DNA of 64,000 bases from an uncultured delta proteobacterium. Its GTDB lineage: Bacteria; Myxococcota_A; UBA9160; UBA4427. The notes under the pieces were generated by a model. It worked only from the letters and a program-made list of their open reading frames with translations, made no database searches and was not told the origin of the DNA. Positions within the stretch are counted from its first letter, which is position 1, and each line of letters starts with the position of its first letter. The DNA lies in assembly GCA_963822965.1 (NCBI GenBank), contig CAWGJT010000005.1, positions 736,001 through 800,000 of the forward strand. The letters are read 5' to 3'. The translations under genes were made by a program, and so were the position numbers. This document shows, piece by piece, positions 59,454-64,000 of the stretch.

Positions 59454-61121
59454 CTAGCGACTCGCCGGAGGACTGTCGCCCAGCTGCTCGGCGACGTTCT
59501 GCAACGCCGACGCCACCAGGACGTGGGCCGGCATGCGGGCAGCCGTGTGGGCGAGGCGCGCCGCCGCCGACGAAGGCTGGAACGGACCCTGCTCGCCGTA
59601 GGCCTCGCCCAGCAGCTCGGACAGACGGTCGTAGATGCCGGGCACGACGAAGACCAGCGCCCGCTCGAAGAGCTTCTGCTCCTCGGCGTCCCGACCCTCC
59701 CGATGCGCGAGGCCCGCGAGCCGCAGCAGCAGCTCCAGGCGTACGACGGGGGGCAGCCCGCTCTCCTCTGCCAGCATGACCGCGCGCCCGTAGATCTCGC
59801 GGGCCCGAGCCGGGTCGTCGTGGCGGGCCTCGATCTGGCCGCAGAGCATGAGACGCCGGGTGTGGGTGGCGCGCATCTCTTCAGCGAGCGCCGGCGTCGC
59901 GGCCAGCAGATCGTCGCAGCGGGCGGAGGCTTTCGCGAGGTGGTCGACCCGGGCCAGCGCCTGGGCCAGGCGGAAGTCGACCTCCGTACGCAGGTCGTGG
60001 GGCCGGTCTTCCAGGGCGACCGCGATCGCCTGGCGCGCCTGCTCCATGACGCCAAGGCCCGCCGCGCGTGCCCCGGCGTCGAAGAGGTCGCTGCCCACCT
60101 GGAAGGCCTCGCGGCCCGCCTCGATCGCCCGCAGCGGGGGACCCGAACGCGAAGCCGCGAGGGCGCGTGCGACCACCCGCTGGAGCTTCGACCCGGACGA
60201 GCCGTAGACCAGGGAGGCGAGGTGGATCGCGCGCGCCGGCACGGCCACGTCGGTCGCGCCGGGATCTTCTCCGGACATCCGCTCGAGGGAATCGTCTAGG
60301 CGCAGGAGCGCGCGATCGATGTTGCGTTCGGCCCCGTCGACGAGGCCGAGGGTGAGCAGCAGGCCGGTGCGCGACGCCGGGGTGGCGATGCCTCCCGGGC
60401 GAGAGCGATCGATCCAGGCTCGCGCCTTCGCGATCCGTCCGACGGCGAGCTCGGTCTCGGCGGCGCGGAAGAGAATGGAGCTCGCGAGCATCGCGTCCTG
60501 CGCATCGATCACCGCGTCCACGGATTCGGCGGCCCGCCGGAAGTCGTTGCGGGCCTCGTCCGTGCGGCCGCGCGCCAGGCACAGCTCGCCCAGGAGCCAG
60601 TAGGCTTCGGCTGCTTCACGCGGTTCGCCGCCGCTGTCGCCGCGGAGCACGAAGAATTCCCGGAGCGTCGCCTCCGCGCTCAACAGGTCGGCCGTGGCCG
60701 CTTCGAGGCGCGCGCGCTCGAGCATCCAGGCACCACCCACCCCGGCCAGCGGAGAGAGGAGCCCGCCGCCCGTGAGCCGCTGCCGGCCCAGCAGCTGGTT
60801 GGCGGTCTCGGCGTAGCCCGACGCACCGTCGAATTCCCCCAACTCGCGCAGCGCCGCGACCAGGTGGGTCAGGGCGTCGAGCTGCTCGAAGTCCGTCGCC
60901 GCCGCGAAGCTCGCCAGGGACGTGGCTTCGACGTAGTGGTCGCGCGCGTCCTCGAGCTGTCCGTCTTCGAGGGCCTCACCGCCCACGCGACGAAGGTACT
61001 CGAACTGGCGGTGGTAGGCGGTGGTGGGGTCGGCGCAGGCGCCCGAGAGCGCCGCCGCGAACGCGCACACGAGCGCGAGGGTCGCCGCGGGAACTCCTCC
61101 CGCACCGGCGCGCCGCTCCAT
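59454..61121 (-). CDS. TPR-like helical-repeat putative lipoprotein
   Basis: Lipobox-like LSGAC after a hydrophobic leader. Repeated TPR-like helices (AEAYWLLGELCLARGRTDEARNDFRRA). Confidence 0.7.
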   Translation of the reverse strand: MERRAGAGGVPAATLALVCAFAAALSGACADPTTAYHRQFEYLRRVGGEALEDGQLEDARDHYVEATSLASFAAATDFEQLDALTHLVAALRELGEFDGASGYAETANQLLGRQRLTGGGLLSPLAGVGGAWMLERARLEAATADLLSAEATLREFFVLRGDSGGEPREAAEAYWLLGELCLARGRTDEARNDFRRAAESVDAVIDAQDAMLASSILFRAAETELAVGRIAKARAWIDRSRPGGIATPASRTGLLLTLGLVDGAERNIDRALLRLDDSLERMSGEDPGATDVAVPARAIHLASLVYGSSGSKLQRVVARALAASRSGPPLRAIEAGREAFQVGSDLFDAGARAAGLGVMEQARQAIAVALEDRPHDLRTEVDFRLAQALARVDHLAKASARCDDLLAATPALAEEMRATHTRRLMLCGQIEARHDDPARAREIYGRAVMLAEESGLPPVVRLELLLRLAGLAHREGRDAEEQKLFERALVFVVPGIYDRLSELLGEAYGEQGPFQPSSAAARLAHTAARMPAHVLVASALQNVAEQLGDSPPASR

Positions 61122-61134
61122 CGCATCACCCCGT

Positions 61135-61878
61135 TCATTCCGCGGCCACCGTCTCGGTCCCGGTGAAGGCCATCTCCCCGGGCCGACACACGAAGCGCAG
61201 TCGCGGTAGGGTCACGTCGGCGATGCAGATCGATGCGGAGATCGGATGGGTCGGAACGATCCGATCCTCTCCCCAGGCGCCCGCATCGAAGCACTCGATC
61301 ACGGGCTCCCCGCGTTCCGCCCGGAGGACGTCGTAGCGGGGGTCCACCTGCACCAGACGGTACCCGGAAGGGGTATCGGCAGGATGGACGCCCGACACGA
61401 ATTGAACCACGTCGGGAGGGAGCAGGACCGGGTCCCGCAGCCCGAGCTGCAGCACCACCGATCCTTGTACAGTGTGGACGGAAGCGTCCACCCCGTCGTA
61501 GCCCCGCCGGAAGGCGATCTCTCCGGGCGCGAGCCGGTAGCCCCAACGCTCGGCGAGCGCGCGGCGGGCCTCCGGGACGTCGACCACCCCCGAAACGAGG
61601 AATCCGCGGGGACGCGTGCCGCTGCGGCACTCGATGCGCGTCTGGGCCAGGCGGAAGGCGCCCCAGGGCGACTCGGGAAAGTCGTACACCTGCCAGGCGA
61701 CGACCCCGGGCAGGGTGGGATGGAGCGCGGGCGGCAAGAGCTGCGCGTTGTCGTTGCCCACCTCGCACAGCACCTGCAACACGCTCGCGCCGGCGAGACG
61801 CACCGCCTCGGTCGCGAAGCTCTGCATCACGGGAGCGCCCGCCTGGCGCGCCTCGGGATCCGCCCGGCCGACGAGCAT
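61135..61878 (-). CDS. Acetoacetate-decarboxylase-like family protein
   Basis: LLPPALHP, ESPWGAFRLAQTRIEC, ERWGY. Translationally coupled to the upstream LLM gene. Confidence 0.7.
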   Translation of the reverse strand: MLVGRADPEARQAGAPVMQSFATEAVRLAGASVLQVLCEVGNDNAQLLPPALHPTLPGVVAWQVYDFPESPWGAFRLAQTRIECRSGTRPRGFLVSGVVDVPEARRALAERWGYRLAPGEIAFRRGYDGVDASVHTVQGSVVLQLGLRDPVLLPPDVVQFVSGVHPADTPSGYRLVQVDPRYDVLRAERGEPVIECFDAGAWGEDRIVPTHPISASICIADVTLPRLRFVCRPGEMAFTGTETVAAE

Positions 61879-62978
61879 CAGGCGCTCGCGCCGGCGCGCT
61901 TGCGGAAGGCCGGCATCACTTCACAGGCGAAGAGTCGCAGGCTCTCCAGCACCTGCTCCTGCGGGAGGATCTCCGCGGCGTTGAGCATGAAGTTCACCTG
62001 GTCGACCCCGATCGATTCCCACTCCCTGACCGCGGCGATGATGTGCCGGGGATCGCCGATGCACATGCCGTCGGGAATCCCGAGCGCGTCTCCCGGGCTG
62101 CCCGCTTCGCTCTTGCGGCCCTGGCCGGGGGCGAGGTTGCCGAGCGTCGCATAGGCCCGCGTGGGATAGGCCTCGCGGGTGAAGAGCAGGTGCGAGTTGA
62201 GCAGCCCGAAGTTCCCGAGCAGCTGCATGCCGCGGGAGGCGCCGGTCGCCAGGTCCTCGTGGCAGTAGAGGAAGTTCAGGGTGGAGACGCGATCGTTCAC
62301 GGCGCCCACCGGATCGCAGAGCTGGATGCGCCGGTGATACTCCTTCGTGCGGCGCTCCTGCTCCGCGAAGCCCGCCGCGGCGACGCCGAGACAGCCGAGC
62401 CCGCGATCCGCAGCGTCGAGCTCGGTTCCCGGGCTGGTGACCGTCACCCACATCGGAGGGTGCGGCTTCTGCAGCGGCTTCGGCAGGATCGCGCGTTCGG
62501 GCATCGAGAAGCAGGAGCCCTCCCAGGAGAAGCGCTCCTCGGTCCACATGCGCGGCAACGCCCTGACGTACTCGTCCCAGTCCTTCTTGGTGGCGTCGGG
62601 ATCCGCCATGAAGCCGCCGAGCTCGGTCCAGGTGGACGAGCGCGCCGTGCCGAACTCGAGGCGGCCGCCCGAGAGGATGTCGAGGAAGGCCGCCCGCTCC
62701 GCCACCCGGATCGGATGGTTCATCTCGGGAACGCACACGACCGCCGAGTGGCCGACACGGATGCGTCGGGTCTGCATGGCGGCGGCGGTGAGAAAGAGCT
62801 CCGGCGCCGAGCTGTGGGAGTACTCCTCGAGGAAGTGGTGCTCCACCGCCCACGCCGTTTCGAAACCGAGCTCGTCCGCGAGCCGGATCTGCTCGAGGGC
62901 GTTCTCGATGACGGTCCGCTCGATGCCGTCCTCGAACGGGCGGGGGACCGAGAGCTCGTACATGACCCCGAATTCCAT
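61878..62978 (-). CDS. LLM-class flavin-dependent oxidoreductase
   Basis: LADELGF..W.VEHHF, HPIRVAERAA.LDILSGGRLEFG, PKPLQKPHPP. Confidence 0.94.
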   Translation of the reverse strand: MEFGVMYELSVPRPFEDGIERTVIENALEQIRLADELGFETAWAVEHHFLEEYSHSSAPELFLTAAAMQTRRIRVGHSAVVCVPEMNHPIRVAERAAFLDILSGGRLEFGTARSSTWTELGGFMADPDATKKDWDEYVRALPRMWTEERFSWEGSCFSMPERAILPKPLQKPHPPMWVTVTSPGTELDAADRGLGCLGVAAAGFAEQERRTKEYHRRIQLCDPVGAVNDRVSTLNFLYCHEDLATGASRGMQLLGNFGLLNSHLLFTREAYPTRAYATLGNLAPGQGRKSEAGSPGDALGIPDGMCIGDPRHIIAAVREWESIGVDQVNFMLNAAEILPQEQVLESLRLFACEVMPAFRKRAGASA

Positions 62979-63045
62979 GTCCGTACTGTAAGTGCAACCG
63001 GGCCGGGACGCAGTGGGTGCGGCGGGACGGCGCGGCCCACCGGCG

Positions 63046-64000
63046 TCACGCGCCGGGCGCGGGGCGGCGTTCTCCGGTGAGGAGAAAGAGGAGACCGCCC
63101 GTCCCCACGGTGGCCAGGCCGAGCAGGGACTCCAGCGGGCGGCCCTGCAGCGCCCAGTACATCATCCAGCCCGAAGCCCCGACGAAGAGGAGCGGCGGCG
63201 CCGGGTAGGCGAAGACACGGAACGGGCGGGGCAGGTCGGGCTCGCGGATCCGGCGGACGATCACGCAGGAGACCGCCAGACTGGCGAAGAGGGTGAGCGT
63301 GAAGCCAGCGTACTGCTGGATCTGGTCCACCCTTCCCAGCAGCAGGATGGCGGACGTGACGCCGCCCTGGACGACGAGCGCGGTGACCGGAGCGCCCGTC
63401 GCATCGTCGGTCCGCGACAGGAAGCCGAAGAAGCGGTAGTCGCTGCCCAGCGCATAGTAGACCCGGGGCCCGGCGATGGTCATCGCGGACGCCGAAGCGA
63501 CCAGGGAGACGAGCAGCACGAGGGTGACGAGGTCGGTCCCGAGCGGCCCGAAGAGGTGGCTCGCCGCGACGAGCCCCACCTCGACCTTGCCGGCCAGCTC
63601 TTCCGCGCTCGCTCCGTAGAAGTAGACGGCGTTGATGGCGAGGTAGAGGACGACCACGAGCGCCGTTCCGATGAGCAGCCCCCGTGGCAGGTCGCGCTGC
63701 GGGTTCTCGAACTCGCTGGCCACGTAGGCCGAGGCGTTCCAGCCCGAGTAGCAGAACATCACGAAGACGAGGGAGGTCCCCAGGCCGGCGTAGGTCGCGC
63801 GGGACGAGAGACCGGCGTAGACCGGGGAGACGGCCGTCAGGTTGGAGAGGCTGCCCCGACCGAACGCGAACGCCGCCACGACGATCGCGACCAGCCCCGC
63901 CACCTTGAAGGCGGTGAGCCAGTCTCCGAGGCGCATGCCGCGCCGGGCACCGCGGAGCTGCACCGCCACCAGCCCCCAGACGAGCGCCAGGGCGACCGCA
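63046..64000 (-). CDS. APC-family amino acid permease, 5' end outside the window
   Basis: MFCYSGWNASAYVASEFENPQRDLPR, GPRVYYA, PRPFRV..YP. Frame is open to the edge. Confidence 0.92.
   Translation of the reverse strand, partial: AVALALVWGLVAVQLRGARRGMRLGDWLTAFKVAGLVAIVVAAFAFGRGSLSNLTAVSPVYAGLSSRATYAGLGTSLVFVMFCYSGWNASAYVASEFENPQRDLPRGLLIGTALVVVLYLAINAVYFYGASAEELAGKVEVGLVAASHLFGPLGTDLVTLVLLVSLVASASAMTIAGPRVYYALGSDYRFFGFLSRTDDATGAPVTALVVQGGVTSAILLLGRVDQIQQYAGFTLTLFASLAVSCVIVRRIREPDLPRPFRVFAYPAPPLLFVGASGWMMYWALQGRPLESLLGLATVGTGGLLFLLTGERRPAPGA

Overview
Very GC-rich bacterial DNA. Beta-barrel outer-membrane proteins indicate a Gram-negative envelope. The gene content resembles Myxococcota/deltaproteobacterial lineages, but that is inference only. 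About 45 densely packed CDSs; no rRNA, tRNA, CRISPR array or mobile element recognised. Most long ORFs in the supplied track are antisense shadows. Highlights: (1) bases 1-8289 hold a divergent locus encoding a periplasmic cytochrome with at least 19 hemes in triheme repeats (missed by the ORF track because it runs off the left edge), a bis-His di-heme-b-type membrane protein, a TPR/beta-barrel outer-membrane protein, a membrane-anchored 2x[Fe-S] plus circularly permuted thioredoxin-reductase-like flavoprotein, and an exported Sel1/ankyrin protein. Together these are a candidate NAD(P)H-to-cell-surface electron conduit. (2) A second conduit lies 11 kb away: monoheme cytochrome c, decaheme MtrA/MtoA and MtrB/MtoB porin, with no adjacent mtrC. 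(3) A xanthine-dehydrogenase-family operon ends in a MoaD/ThiS (internal GG)-NUDIX fusion. (4) A TetR-centred catabolic cluster has two P450s, a molybdoenzyme, a ketosteroid-dehydrogenase-like flavoprotein and an LLM oxidoreductase. (5) A Glu-specific-type protease-NucA nuclease fusion sits behind a consensus sigma54 promoter with tandem palindromic upstream sites. The rest is ordinary metabolic, envelope and housekeeping genes.
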